Shown here piece after piece: positions 52,834 to 64,000 of a stretch of 64,000 nt of DNA; the first letter of the stretch is position 1, and the number at the start of each line of letters is the position of its first letter. The DNA lies in assembly GCA_013265495.1 (NCBI GenBank), contig MU057560.1, positions 1,686,753 to 1,750,752 of the forward strand, read 5' to 3'. Both the position numbers and the translations under genes were made by a program. The notes beneath the pieces were generated by a model that was not told the DNA's origin, ran no database searches, and worked only from the letters and a program-made list of their open reading frames with translations. The stretch comes from Vicugna vicugna (Eukaryota).

Positions 52834-53128
52834 GGCAGAGACAGGGCCCAGGTGGGCACGCACAGCTCCCCACCCTGCGTGACTTCCCAGGTGACAGAAG
52901 CGGGGCCCAGGTGGGCACGCACAGCTCCCCATCCTAAGTTACTTCCCAGGCGACAGAGGCGGGGCCCAGGTGGGCACGCACAGCTCCCCATCCTGAGTGA
53001 CTTCCCAGGTGACAGAGGCGGGGCCCAGGTGGGCATGCACAGCTCCCCATCCTGAGTGACTTCCCAGGTGACAGAGGCGGGGCCCAGGTGGGCACGCGTA
53101 GCTCCCCACCCTGTGTGACTTCTCAGGC
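52834..53128. repeat. Minisatellite, 5 x 59 bp
   Basis: Units start at 52834, 52893, 52952, 53011, 53070; consensus gacagaggcggggcccaggtgggcacgcacagctccccatcctgagtgacttcccaggt. Confidence 0.95.
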
Positions 53129-53894
53129 TACAAGCCCTCCTGCCAGGTCTTCTGGCTGAGACAGGAGCCCAGGTCAGCAGATGACGGGCCAGGTCTCCAT
53201 CCCCACAGCCCGAGACGCGGGCCTGCGGGAGCAGATGTCAGTCACTGCCAGCTCCTGGTCAGAGGCCCCGAAAACGCTCCCCCCTGGGCCGCAGGTTTCC
53301 TCCAACAGCCCCCTCCAGGCTTTGCATTTTTCCTACCCTTTGAGACCTTAGAAAAACTATTTCTTCCTTCCATTACCACAATAACGACCCCTGTTCCCCA
53401 CCCCTGCCTCTCAGTCCCGCTGCCGGGTTAACTTGATAAAACACACACTCGGTAGAGAAGGAGAAAGACTTCAGAACCCAGGCCCTGCCTGTTCCCATGA
53501 AAATCTCCATGAATGCCTCCCTGTTACAGGCCTCACAAAAGCCTTAGTCTCTTCCTGGTCATCAAAGCTATTTATTCACAGTATTTAGGGGTGAGGGGTG
53601 AGGCTGGTGCCCTAAATGTTCTGGTTCATTTTAACCAAAAACCTTTTCAAAAAATAAGAACTCAGATTTGCTGTTGACAATGTCTCATTCCAACTTCTCT
53701 CCTAACTCACAGGGAAAAGCAGCATTTTAAGTGGGTAGGGGAGGCCTCAAAGGCACCAAAAGAAACCAAGCAGAAGGGCCAGAGAGGAGGACGGGAAGGC
53801 AAGGAGGAAGAGGCATCTTAAGGAGGAGAGAATTACTGATTTTGTCAAATGTTTCGAGAGGCCAAATGAACTTAGAACTGAAAGACGCTGCCTT

Positions 53895-54810
53895 TGTCTG
53901 CTAGGGCGGCCAGAACAAAGTGCACAGACGGGCGAGCGTAAACTGCAGAAATTTGTTCTTTCCCCTCTGGAGGCTGGATGTCCAAAATCAAGGTGTGGGT
54001 GTTACTGAGTCCAAGCTCTTACCGCCTGCCACAGGACGGGACAATAAATCGAGACGAGGCATTGGAGCAAGGAACAGAGGCTGTATTTGGAAAGCCAGCA
54101 GACTGAGAAGATGGTGGACCAGGGTCCCAAACAACCGTCTTCCCTGAGTTAGAGCTGAGTCTTCCTTTATACTAAAAGGAGGGGGGTGTGGCTGGTTGTT
54201 GCCACCTTTTTGGTGTCAGAACCCTTTGTTCGTGAAGCTGTGCTCTAGGCCAGGCCATGATGTTCCTGTAAACCTCCAACAATCAAATGTTACTCTCTGT
54301 TCTGCAACTTTTTATCTCTGTGTGAATGGAAGTGTTACACCTTTAACGGTCCGAGCCTGGAGAACCGGCTGCGTATCCTGTATATTTCAGGCTACAGGTA
54401 ACACTCTTAACTTGTAGCAAAAGCAGTGGATACAAAGGTTAAAACAAAAGAAACGGATCCAGTGTGGAGTCAGATTTGTTCTTCCCCGTTACACAGCAAG
54501 GCTGCACACCCTGAGACTCTGGGCAGAATCCTTCCTGCCTCTTCCGGCCTCTGGGGTCACTGGCAACCCTTGGTGTCCCTTGGTTGCGGACGTATCACTC
54601 CAATCTCCGCCTCTTCACCACGTGGCCTCTTCCCTCTGTGTCTGTGTCCAAATTTCCCTCTTCTTTTAAAGACACCAGTCACTGGGTTAGGGCCCACCTG
54701 AGTGATCCCATCTGTGAAGACCCTGCTTCTCCATAAGGTCCCAGGCACAGGTGCTGTGGGTTAAGCCCCCAACATGTCCCTTTTGAGGGACACAAGTTAG
54801 CCCACAGCAG
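53895..54810 (-). mobile_element. MLT1B/C-like LTR split by an ERV1 LTR (53895-53999 and 54494-54810)
   Basis: ctggaggctggatgtccaaaatcaaggtgt resumes as cagcaaggctgc..agaatccttcctgcctcttcc..atcactccaatctccgcctc..gggacacaagttagcccacagca. Confidence 0.85.
54000..54493 (-). mobile_element. ERV1-type solo LTR (LTR39/MER34-group-like)
   Basis: Termini tgttac...gttaca; interrupts a contiguous MLT1; minus-strand TATA-like agtataaa (~54166-54173). Confidence 0.75.
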
Positions 54811-55229
54811 ACGCCCACCAGATGGTGAGATGAGGTCATGGGGGACCTTCCACAGGCACTTTATGGCAGAAGCTAGAGAGTGGTGGCCTAAGGAGTGGTA
54901 GGCACTCAGGGAAGTCCGGAGGCAGAGGAAGGCTCCCCTTCCAAGAAGCCTGGTTGGAATGGGAAGAAAGAGAGTACCCATGTCAGAGGGAGGATGTGCC
55001 TGTTGGCTCGTTTGCTGCACAGAGAGATGGAGGCATGGTGGTGAGTTGAGGGGAAGGGCCCAGCAGAAATGAGGAGCTGGAGATGCAGAAGAGAACCGTG
55101 TGCTGACGGAGAGAAGTCCTGATGGAGGCTGGCACAGAGGAGGGCGGGTTCCACCTGCGGCAGGAGGAGAGATGAATAGATGGAGGGTGACAGAAAGATG
55201 CCAGGAGCAAGTGCAGGAGGTCTGCTTGT

Positions 55230-56830
55230 TCAGTCCACAAATGTCACCCAGCCAGAATGATGCCTCCCACCTCCTTCCAGCCGCCAGGGCCGTGACAGTG
55301 AACAAAACAGAAACCCTTCCTTCCTGCAGCTTATGTTCTACTGATGGGAGGTGAGGCAGGAATAGGAAAGAGGTGGGTGAAGACAGGTATGTTTCAAAAT
55401 AAAATAGCTATAGTAAGTTAGAAGGTGAACTATGACATGAAAAGTAAATAAGCAGGGTAAGATGATGTGGGTGAGTGGAAGATACAACTTTGGAAAACGT
55501 GGTCTGGATGGGACTTTCTGGGCAGGTGCCAAGTCTTGCAGGGAGTGAGGCTGTGCTCCGGACGGTTCTGCGAACCTGCAGCTGCTGGAGGAGGCGTCAT
55601 TCTGGGCGAAGAGGCACCGTACTGATCTGTTTGTGTGTGTGGTGAAGGCACCCTCACTGCTTCATTCCTGGTACCTCAGGCTCCTTGACCTGGAGTGTCA
55701 TCCCTCCTTAAACCCCGTTCACCTAACCAGCTCCTCATCTTCCTTCAAGACTCAGAAGGACCATCAGGTCTCCCAGGAAACCTTCCGATCCCGTCTCAGG
55801 TGGGTCAGCGGCAGGGGCCTCCAGTGCCCTACTCAGCACTCACTCCCGACTCCTCACATGTCACATCACACCCTCTTGGACTGGGCGACTCTCCAGGCCA
55901 AGGGGGGCATCTGACAGCATCCAAATCATCTGCACCAGGATCAGTGTGACAAATAGTTGGGGCTGGGATTCCACAGCCAACTGCTGGATAAACGGATAAG
56001 TGAGAAGGCACAGGAGAGGGAGGGAGGGAGGGGGAGAGGGAAGCAGAGAGGGAAACTTTGAGAGAAGGAGTCGTCTGTCAGCCACGGGTAAGACCATGAA
56101 CCGTGGGAAGGAAGCAGAACAGCAGACCAGGTGTCATGGGAACCGATCTTCCTGGCTCATGTCACCCCAACCCACATGCTGCAGATTGGCACGTCTTTCC
56201 AAATCATACCTCTGATACTTTTTGTCTCCTGCTCAAAGATCTTCAGCAGCTCCCACTTATCTCCAGGGTGAATTAAAAGCCCGAAAGCAAGACTTCTGTA
56301 ACTGGCCAAAGCTCACCTCCGATGACTCCTCTGGCTCAGGTCACAGTGGGGCCTTGATGACTTCACCGCCCACTGCGGGGTCTCTGCTCACACCTCCTGG
56401 AACGCCCCCTGTGCGCAGCACTGAAATCCCAGCCCTTCTCACGGCTAAGTGCACGTAACTGCCGCTTCATAAGTCTCAGGGAGACTTCCTCCCTCCCAGC
56501 CTCACCCCACGTTTCTCTGAGCTTGTGTTGGCCCCTGTCTGACTCAAACACAGGCTGCACACCACTGATCAATCACAAAATCCAGGGTGATGAGCTCACT
56601 TCCCTCATCTTCATTCTTCTTCATGGCTCAGCACACTAACAGATATTTAATATGCACTTCGTACATGAATGAATGAACCAATGTGATTCGAGGGAGACAG
56701 GCTGGTGGATTATGGAGACAGAACAGAATCAGACTTCGGAAGACATGGGTTATAGCTCATCCTTCCTGGGACAATCACTCAGTCAGCTCTGGGACGTGGC
56801 CCCGCTTGTCTAACACGTAGCCTCTGTAAC
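55230..56830. mobile_element. Cluster of L2 fragments (both strands) and a MIR
   Basis: gtgaacaaaacagaaacccttccttcctgcagcttatgttcta; ctcatcttccttcaagactcag..tcccaggaaaccttcc; ctcctgctcaaagatcttcagcagctccc..atgaatgaatgaa. Confidence 0.65.
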
Positions 56831-59090
56831 GCATGTTCTCTAAGGTTCTGCTCGTCTAAAATTTTCTAATTCACATGCAGCAAAAACTCTAAATAATGAA
56901 AAGTGGGTCCTATAGTCCACTGACATTTCACAACATCCTATTTCAGCAATTTTTTTTACAAGGAGGGTTGAATCGCTCTGAGTTACAGGAAGAAACAGTG
57001 AGTGCATGGAGGTGTGACATCTATGCGGGCAGGAAATCCCCGAGGCGCATGCCAGCTCCAGGGCTGGTGCGTCCTGATCCTCGGAATCGTAAGGACGGAA
57101 GCTCCCAGGCACAGAATTGCCCGACGCACAGGAAGCAGCGGCGTCCACATTCTGGGGGGAGAAAAATGTGCAGCCCGACGCTCCGTTTCTAGCAAGTACG
57201 CCGTTTATCACAAGGCGGCCTGTGACCCGGGGCTGTCCCTCACTCGGGGAAGGGATGCTGAGGGTGTGCGCTTCTGCTCCCTCTGTGGGGCACCGAAAAC
57301 GCGGGCTCGGCCTCCCTGGACGCCACAGAGGCCAAGGATGCCGGTCAGGAGTCGGAAGACGCTGAGATCAGGCCGGGGCGCCGGGAGCCGCGGCGGCGTG
57401 ATGACCTGGCTGCAGAGGGGACGCTGCCCCGCCCCAGCCCGCGCGCCCCAGGAGCTGCCACCCGCTCAGGACGAACGAGGGGCTGAGGCGGAAGGTGTGA
57501 CGTGTTCTGGGAGCCTAATGAGCAGAGGATCAAACATCGGAGGCGTCTGTTCTCTTGTTCAGGAGGTAGCTGCTAGCGCAGGGTTACTTCCGCACACCAA
57601 AGGAGAGAAAATAAATCCACGCGCGCTGTCAGCGCGGAGACAGGCTCCATGTTCCGTGCAGGGCGGAAATAGGCTCCCTGGGGAAATTAAACCAGCCATT
57701 TGGGTGCATCTTCAGGAGAACATGCAATTAAAATTGCATTTTTTTAAAGTGATGTTTCCATCTCTGTGCTCTGTAGCTGGCAGCTGGCAGCTGGCAAGCC
57801 CCCTGGAGGCAGACGCCTCCTGGCAGGCGGATCCCAGCCTGCGGGCGGAGGGCGCAGGGCCCGTGGAGTCTTCCCTCCGCCAAGACCCTCGACTTGAAAA
57901 ATAAGCAAAAGTGATCACGTCCCCACATTAAAGGACAACAATGCGCAGACTTTCATTTTCCCAGGATGGAGATCAGTTGGAACTATTGAAAATAAACATT
58001 CCGATGTCCTGAGATACTATCTAAAGATTTGCATCCTGAGGAAGTTGAAGAGAATAGTAATTGCAGTGAATGCCCCATTCACCCAGTCTTAAAGTTGGCA
58101 GTTAAGCGACAAAAGCCCAGGGATTCAGATATGATTAAAATCTTGATGGCTGTCAGAACAGAAGACGAAATATGAATAAGGATAAAAATGGAACTACTTC
58201 TGCTCTGTCTGAAATCCTGCTGACTCCTACAGTTGCTCCTCTTTCTCCATCTTTCTCTTTTTCAGTCTCCTTCCAGATTTTGCAATTTCCATGAGTTTTT
58301 ATCCAACTCCAACTGAATTTTAGAGGTTAACATAACCAACAAACAGAAGAGGAGATTTCCATTCGTACCTGTTAAGTCATTTGAAGTGACCATTAGCTGC
58401 TTTAAAATTTTTGAGGGTTTTATATTACAAAGTTATAATCCCCGTGTACACTCTAGCTTTTGATTCATTCGTTTTGATTCTGATACTATGTACTTGCACA
58501 ATTGCTATCATTAAATCTAATTATGTAATAAGCATAACATGTGTGATCATGTAATTAGAATGTGCAATTACATAATTACAGTGTGTGATGGCATCAGGGT
58601 GTAAATATCCTTCCGAAATGTCAGGAAGAAATATCCCGTTTGCTCAAGAAGTGGTTTTTAAAGTTCAGTTTCACATATTTTTTTTCCAGGATGGATATTC
58701 AAATATGATTTGAATCAAACACTTTAATTGTGCTTAAAGAAATAAAAATTTTATTTTTCTTCTTTTAATATCTTTTCTAATTAAAGTACAAGGTAAGAAA
58801 CTTTTCAATGCATCAGAATTATGTCTTTAACTGATTGTTCCACATTATTTCAGTTGAGAAAATAAAATTATTAGAAATCCTAGAAAAACAAACCAATCAA
58901 TGCGTGAACACTTGGGTCTAGCAAATTTCTGTCTACAAATGTAATATTTTCTTTACTCACCAGTCTTGCAGAAACTGCATGCCAAGCATGGTCTGGAGGC
59001 TTCACAGCTTTCTCAAAGCCCAAAATACACAATCAAACACATTATTATTGTTTTCTCGCTTCCCTGCCTTTCCACCTGCATTACCCATCT

Positions 59091-59878
59091 CAGTGGCTCT
59101 TAGACTTTTGCTTGCCTCAGAATCACCCTGAGCACTTGTTAAAACAGATTGCTGAGTCCCATCCCCAGAGTGTCTGGTGAGGTAGCGCTGGGGTGGACCA
59201 GAGGGTTGATTCTTCTAGCAGGTGCTCAGTTGTTGACAGAGATGAGGTTCTCAGCATCATGGCAGGAAGAATTCAGAGACAAGACACAGAGGGCAAGGAG
59301 GTAAAGCAAGGACTCATTTAAGTGATAGGATGCTCTCGGGGGAGAGCAGGCAGACTCAGGTGAGCAGCTGCCCTGAGTGTCTTTGGCAGGCTGGTTACAC
59401 AGGGTGTGACAATGAATGGGCAGAATATTCATTGGGAGGGAGCAGTTTGGGGTCGTATTCCCTGATTTCCACCCCAGCTCCGCCTTCCCAAGGGGAGGAG
59501 GGATTTTTGTCCTTATTTAGTCTGGATTGACAGTGTCATGGCCTCGGTGCATGATGGGAACTTCTAATCTGCAAGGCTGATTTTACTGAAATGAGGACAT
59601 AATGAGCAAAAGGTTACATTTGGACGCTGGAGATTCCTGCCTTTCCCCACTTTCTTTGTCATCCTCCAGGATCCTTGTTACCCCATAGTGCGTGGTTTCT
59701 TATCACTCCAGAGGTTCCTGCCTTTTACTGTGTGCCTGGGGATCCCTGTTATTCACAAGTTGCACAGTCTTCTTCCATTTGGCCTGTGGCCCCCTTCTCT
59801 CCCCTTACCTAGCTACCTGCCTGGTTCACACAGTGACCCTGTTACCACTGATACAAGGACCACACTGGACAACCCTCG
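59091..59878. mobile_element. MER5A-like MITE split by an ERV LTR
   Basis: cagtggctcttagac..tcagaatcacc..cttgttaaaacagattgctgagtcccatccccagag, resuming after the LTR as ..aggaccacactggacaacc. Confidence 0.8.
59231..59830 (-). mobile_element. ERV1-class solo LTR (MER41-like), copy 2, 600 bp
   Basis: TG...CA termini; perfect 4-bp TSD cagt at 59227-59230 and 59831-59834; homologous to 42340-42944. Confidence 0.92.
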
Positions 59879-59884
59879 TCTTAG

Positions 59885-60320
59885 CCATCACCAAGTTTCC
59901 CAAGCAAGAAGCTTCGAGGTCATCCTCGATTCCTTTGTTGCTCACCCTCCTACCCCCACGTGCTCGCTTGGTCACCAAGCCTCGTGGATTCTGACCCAGG
60001 AAATTACGTCCTGAGTCCACTCTCCACCCTCCTTTCCATCCCTGCTGACCCTGGCTTAATTCAGCCCTCATGCACTTTTTCCCAGAGGTCATCATGTTCT
60101 CACACCTTCTCCTCAAACCCACACTGGCACTAATTTGATCACACTCTCCATCACTCCCTTTTGAAAAATGTCTGCTGGTCCCTCATGGACAGTTTCAAGG
60201 ATAGTTTTAACTCCTTAGCCTGGCCTGAGAGGCCTTCCCATCTTGGACGCCAGCTTCCCTTCCCCGACCCAGTTCCCACCACTCCACCGTGCTCCAGCCA
60301 CACATCCGTGCTCTGCTCCT
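59885..60320 (+). mobile_element. L2 remnant, followed by a MIR (-) at ~60410-60600
   Basis: cccaagcaagaagcttcgaggtcatcctcgattcct..gtcaccaagcc..aactccttagcctggcctgagaggccttcc..gctccagccacac. Confidence 0.7.
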
Positions 60321-61729
60321 GTGCTAGTGCTAGTGTGAGGGCACAGAGAGAAGATGAAGCAATGCGGGGGGGCTCTTAAGGGAGGGGCGGGACGGGAGGA
60401 CTGTTCCTTCACCACTGCTGTGTGCCAGGGGCTTTGCCTGCTTCCCTACTGGGACCTCATGGGCCTCTGTTTTACAAGTTTCATTTGCTAGATGAGAAAA
60501 TAGAAAGCTGAGGGAAATTGTGCAACTTGTTTAAGGCCAAATACTTAATCAGTTGCACTATCAAGTTTGAAATTCACATTCTTACAGCAAATACACTGTC
60601 TACCTCCACGATTCACACTTGTTTAGCAAACTTCACAGTGAAGTTCATAGTCCACTTTAAAGACACGTGCAGACAGACTGATCTGCACACTGCTGTTGAG
60701 CTAGGAAGCAGCGTCTAGGGAACCGAAACAGGGCTCGGTCTCAGCCCTGCCCTGGTCCATGTCGTGAGCAAGCCCCATGAAGCCCAGAGTTTACGGTTCT
60801 CAGAGCTTGAAACGTCTGCTACAAAAATCACTGCATTTCCAAACGCAATATGAAGCTGGAACAAGGACAAACGTAACAGCACATTTAGTTCCAAAGTAAC
60901 TGGACAACTTGCAACTTGCAGGATTAGAAGAAATTGGGTGTTGACAGCATTTAATTTGTGAACGATCTAGGGGTTTCTTCCAACTGTAAATTTGGCAAGA
61001 GCCAGCAGTGTGACATGACTCCTGAAAAAAAACATAAAAATACACTTGTACTTGTTTTCAAGATGCCACTGAGTTCAATCTTTAAAATGACTCTTCTCCA
61101 GGGCAAATTTTTTTATTATAAAGATTTACCAATATGCAACACTAAGAGAAACACGCCCACAGTTTAAAAATGAAGGAAGAAGACACTGAGTGACGAAAAG
61201 AGTTAAATCATTAATCTGTGGGGCTCTAGGTCCAGGCACGTGAAAAGGCAGGTGCCAAACAGGTACCAACACTGCCTGACACAAGTGAAAGGCCAGCTGG
61301 GTGCTTCAGCTCCTGGGGCAGGGCTGCTTCACTCTTGAAACAAAAAGAGAAAAGGCTGCAAAAACTGCCCATGGCTGTGATTTATATGATAATTCAAACC
61401 TGAGATGGGAAAGGAAATAGGTATTTAGCTGAGGCATGAGGTCCTGAGCCAAGCAACCCACTCACTCAGCAATTGCTTTGAACGGGAATCTGAAGCTAGC
61501 ACTTCATGTGTTACTTCAGTTCTGCCGTCTGGCTGGAAAGGACCATGCAATATCTAGGGAGGGGGAAGCACAGACCAATATGGGGAAAGAGAGAGGAGAA
61601 AACTAAAACTCAAGACAAAAAAGCAAAAGAACACTAAGAAAGACAGACTCAAGCATCAACACGTGGGCTTTGAGTGTCGCAAACAAAATGCAAATGGAGC
61701 AGAAGAGAATGTAAAATAAGTGTGTTTGA

Positions 61730-62430
61730 TCCTAAAGCAGTAAAGGAGGGTGTGGCAGTCATAAACGGAGAGTAAGAAATTAAGAAGCAACTGAGATAAA
61801 ACCAAGGAGATATGGAAAAGAACCCACTGGGAATACTGAGAATGAAACATACATTCATTGAAATAAAAATGTCTGAAAGCAGCGTAAAGTCTAGGCTGGA
61901 CACACCAGAGAAGTAACCAGTAAAATTACAGCTACTTCTGAGCAATTCACCCAAATGCAGGTTTGAAAATATGAAAGCGCAACGAAGTGTCATGGATGAA
62001 AGTTTAAGGGGTTCCAGACCTCACCTAATAAGAAGTTCCAAAAGAAGAAATGGAATAGAATTTGCAAGAAGCGTATTTGAAAAGACAAAAGCAAATGCTT
62101 TTTTTCAGAATGGAAGATGAGAATCTTCAGATTGAAAAACCATCAGATACTGAGCATTATAAAATGAAATAAATTTATATCAAGATATACCCAAGTGAAA
62201 CCTCAGAAAATTAAGGATGAGAAAACCAAGAAACCTGCCAGAGATAACCGGCTTCCTTCCAAACAATGACAATCGGATTATTAGCAGAAAATGTCATCAG
62301 CAGAAAAACAGATACCTAAGATCTTCCATGGACTAAGGGGAAATAACGTCAACATAAAATTCTGTACCTCGCAAAGCTATTTTTAATGTAGGAAACGTAA
62401 AAAGACGTTTTCAATATGCAGAGGCCAAGA
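61730..62430 (+). mobile_element. Old L1/HAL1 ORF1-like remnant
   Basis: A-rich; gaaataaaaatgtctgaa..aggctggacacaccagagaag; ctaataagaagttccaaaagaagaa; gaatcttcagattgaaa; aaagacgttttcaatatgcaga; no open frame. Confidence 0.7.
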
Positions 62431-62746
62431 TGAGTGGCTACCGCCGATCTGCATGCATTGTCCCCCTCAATACTCTGCATGACACCGTTTGACAGGCGAT
62501 GGCACTGAGTGTTCAGTAAACCATGGGGAGGGTGCAGATCAGCCGTGCCACCCTCTGGCCGGCTGATTCCGAAGCAGATGCTTTAACCAGCACTTCACTT
62601 ACGTTCATAAAGCTCTGCTCACCTCGTCTACTGAAATGGCCAAAGATACTAAGGCTGTCATGAAGATTAAGTAGAGCCCTCAGAGCCTGTGGGTGCCTCG
62701 TCCCCTTTCTCTGCACCTGTGAGATTTTTTATAAAATTTCTTATCG

Positions 62747-62863
62747 TTTTGGGGAGGGTGGGAGGAGGTAATTAGTTTTATTTTTTAAACAGAGGCACTG
62801 GGGATGGAACCCAGGACCTCGTGCATGCTAGGCACGCGCTCCGCCGCTGAGCCGTCCCCTCCC
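62747..62863 (-). mobile_element. tRNA-derived SINE, camelid Vic-1-like
   Basis: Reverse complement reads ..ggctcagcggcggagcgcgtgcctagcatgcacgaggtcctgggttccatccccagtgcctc..aaaaaataaaactaattacctcc, with A/B-box-like head and ctaattacctcc tail. Confidence 0.85.
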
Positions 62864-62915
62864 TCCCTGCACCCGTGAGGCTTAAGCCTTCAGTACGGCG
62901 GCAGGAGGCGCTGCT

Positions 62916-62954
<39 letters not shown>

Positions 62955-62960
62955 CCGCCC

Positions 62961-63034
62961 NNNNNNNNNNNNNNNNNNNNNNNNNNNNNNNNNNNNNNNN
63001 NNNNNNNNNNNNNNNNNNNNNNNNNNNNNNNNNN
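62961..63034. other. Assembly gap (74 N) flanked by poly-C tracts
   Basis: N run; C homopolymers at ~62917-62953 and 63035-63049. Confidence 0.99.
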
Positions 63035-63049
63035 CCCCCCCCCCCCCCC

Positions 63050-64000
63050 GCATCTGAGACCAGCTGGCGCTGACCCCGCAGCCGGGAGCCCCGTGAACTC
63101 CCCTTAGCGACCTCAAACAAAAGCGGGCTGGGCAGGGAGGGGCCGGGACAGGTCTGCTTCCCGCTCCTGCTCAGTTCACCGGAGCTGGCGTCCCTCGAAC
63201 AAGTGGGGCAAACTGCGCTTCTTCTGAAAGATGCTCTGGACCAGAAGGATAACAAATGGGATGAAAGCGTCAAAACGCCTCCTGGGCGGGGAAGACGCTG
63301 CGGGTGGACACGCCAGGGCTCACGGCAGCTGCTCTGAGGTCGGGGAGAGCCCCGTCCGAGGCTGCCACGGTGTGGATGCGCTCAGCCGCCACACTTCCAC
63401 GGCCCGGCGGGCAGGCGCCTCTTCTCAGAGCTGCCCGCGCTAAGCCCCCCGGCACTGTCCTGCTCCCCGGGCGCGCGGCCAGGCGGCGGGGGGAGGGCGG
63501 GGGGCGCTGCCCTCACTGCTGGGTCCCCCTCCTCTCGCTGGGCTGTTTCCCCACCGAAAACAAGGGATCGGACGCCGTAACGCCTGAGCCCCGGTCCAGC
63601 CTACGTGCGCCCGACTCCAGGTGAACGGCTACGGGGCCTGAGTCAATGAGCCACAGGCGGAAACACCACCGTTTGCCCGGGATCTGTCTGGGCGGGTAGC
63701 GCCGCGTGGGATGCAGCTCCTGGTAGCGGGCACGGGCCGCCCGGTGTCCGGGACGGCGGTAGCGGGGGAACTAACGCCCGCTGAGTCTGGGCGGGCCGGG
63801 GCGCCCGGCTGCACCGCCTGCTGCTTACGAAGCAAAGGGCTTTGGCAAATCGCGGTCTCCCCGCAGCGGGAGGGGGGCCGTTCCAGGCGCAGGCGGACGG
63901 AGGCGTTTCCGAGCAGTTTCCTGAGGAACGCGCTCATTGGCCGGGGGCGTCTGCTGAGGCCGGCAGCCCCCGAGGACCCCGCGACATCCCGGGGCACTTG
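63050..64000. promoter_or_regulatory. CpG island extending past the window end; probable promoter of a gene outside the window
   Basis: High CpG density in unique sequence, several GGGCGG boxes, reverse CCAAT (attgg 63936-63940); no recognisable coding exon. Confidence 0.7.

Noticed and set aside
52834..53128. Possible CRISPR-like array
   Set aside because: Contiguous units with no unique spacers, no cas genes, mammalian context
57002..57904. Longest ORF (300 aa, +)
   Set aside because: No recognisable domain; Arg/Gly/Pro/Ala-rich composition expected from GC-rich non-coding DNA
42340..59830. Full provirus between the two LTRs
   Set aside because: LTRs are inverted, copy 2 has its own TSD, and no gag/pol/env remnants lie between them
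62790..62863. Possible tRNA gene
   Set aside because: Diverged tRNA-like head followed by a SINE tail
63918..63928. STAT site ttcctgaggaa
   Set aside because: Spacer is 5 nt; canonical GAS sites have 3 or 4

Overview
This is non-coding mammalian DNA, not prokaryotic. A Vic-1-like tRNA-derived SINE at ~62.75-62.86 kb and cetartiodactyl-type L1 3' ends point to a camelid. The window is GC/CpG-rich and repeat-dense: young and old L1s, L2, MIR, MaLR (MLT1) and ERV1/ERVL solo LTRs, and hAT MITEs (MER58C-, MER5A-like). I recognise no protein-coding gene; the only ORFs with recognisable homology are decayed L1 ORF2 pieces. Unique-sequence elements include two CpG-island/promoter-like regions (~46.9-47.2 kb with an NRF1 motif; ~63.05-64.0 kb running off the end after a 74-N gap) and near-identical divergent CTCF motifs at 12.15 and 45.1 kb. 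The most notable structures are a 622-bp tandem duplication with 4 clustered mismatches, a TSD-flanked L1 with a non-standard ~155-bp 3' segment, three candidate minus-strand exons at 14.4-15.9 kb, a ~90-nt AT-rich hairpin at 58.5 kb, and patchy AT->GC drift in old repeats. Repeat subfamily names come from my recollection of consensus sequences, boundaries of old repeats are approximate, and both need RepeatMasker/Dfam confirmation. I see no convincing novel multi-gene system.
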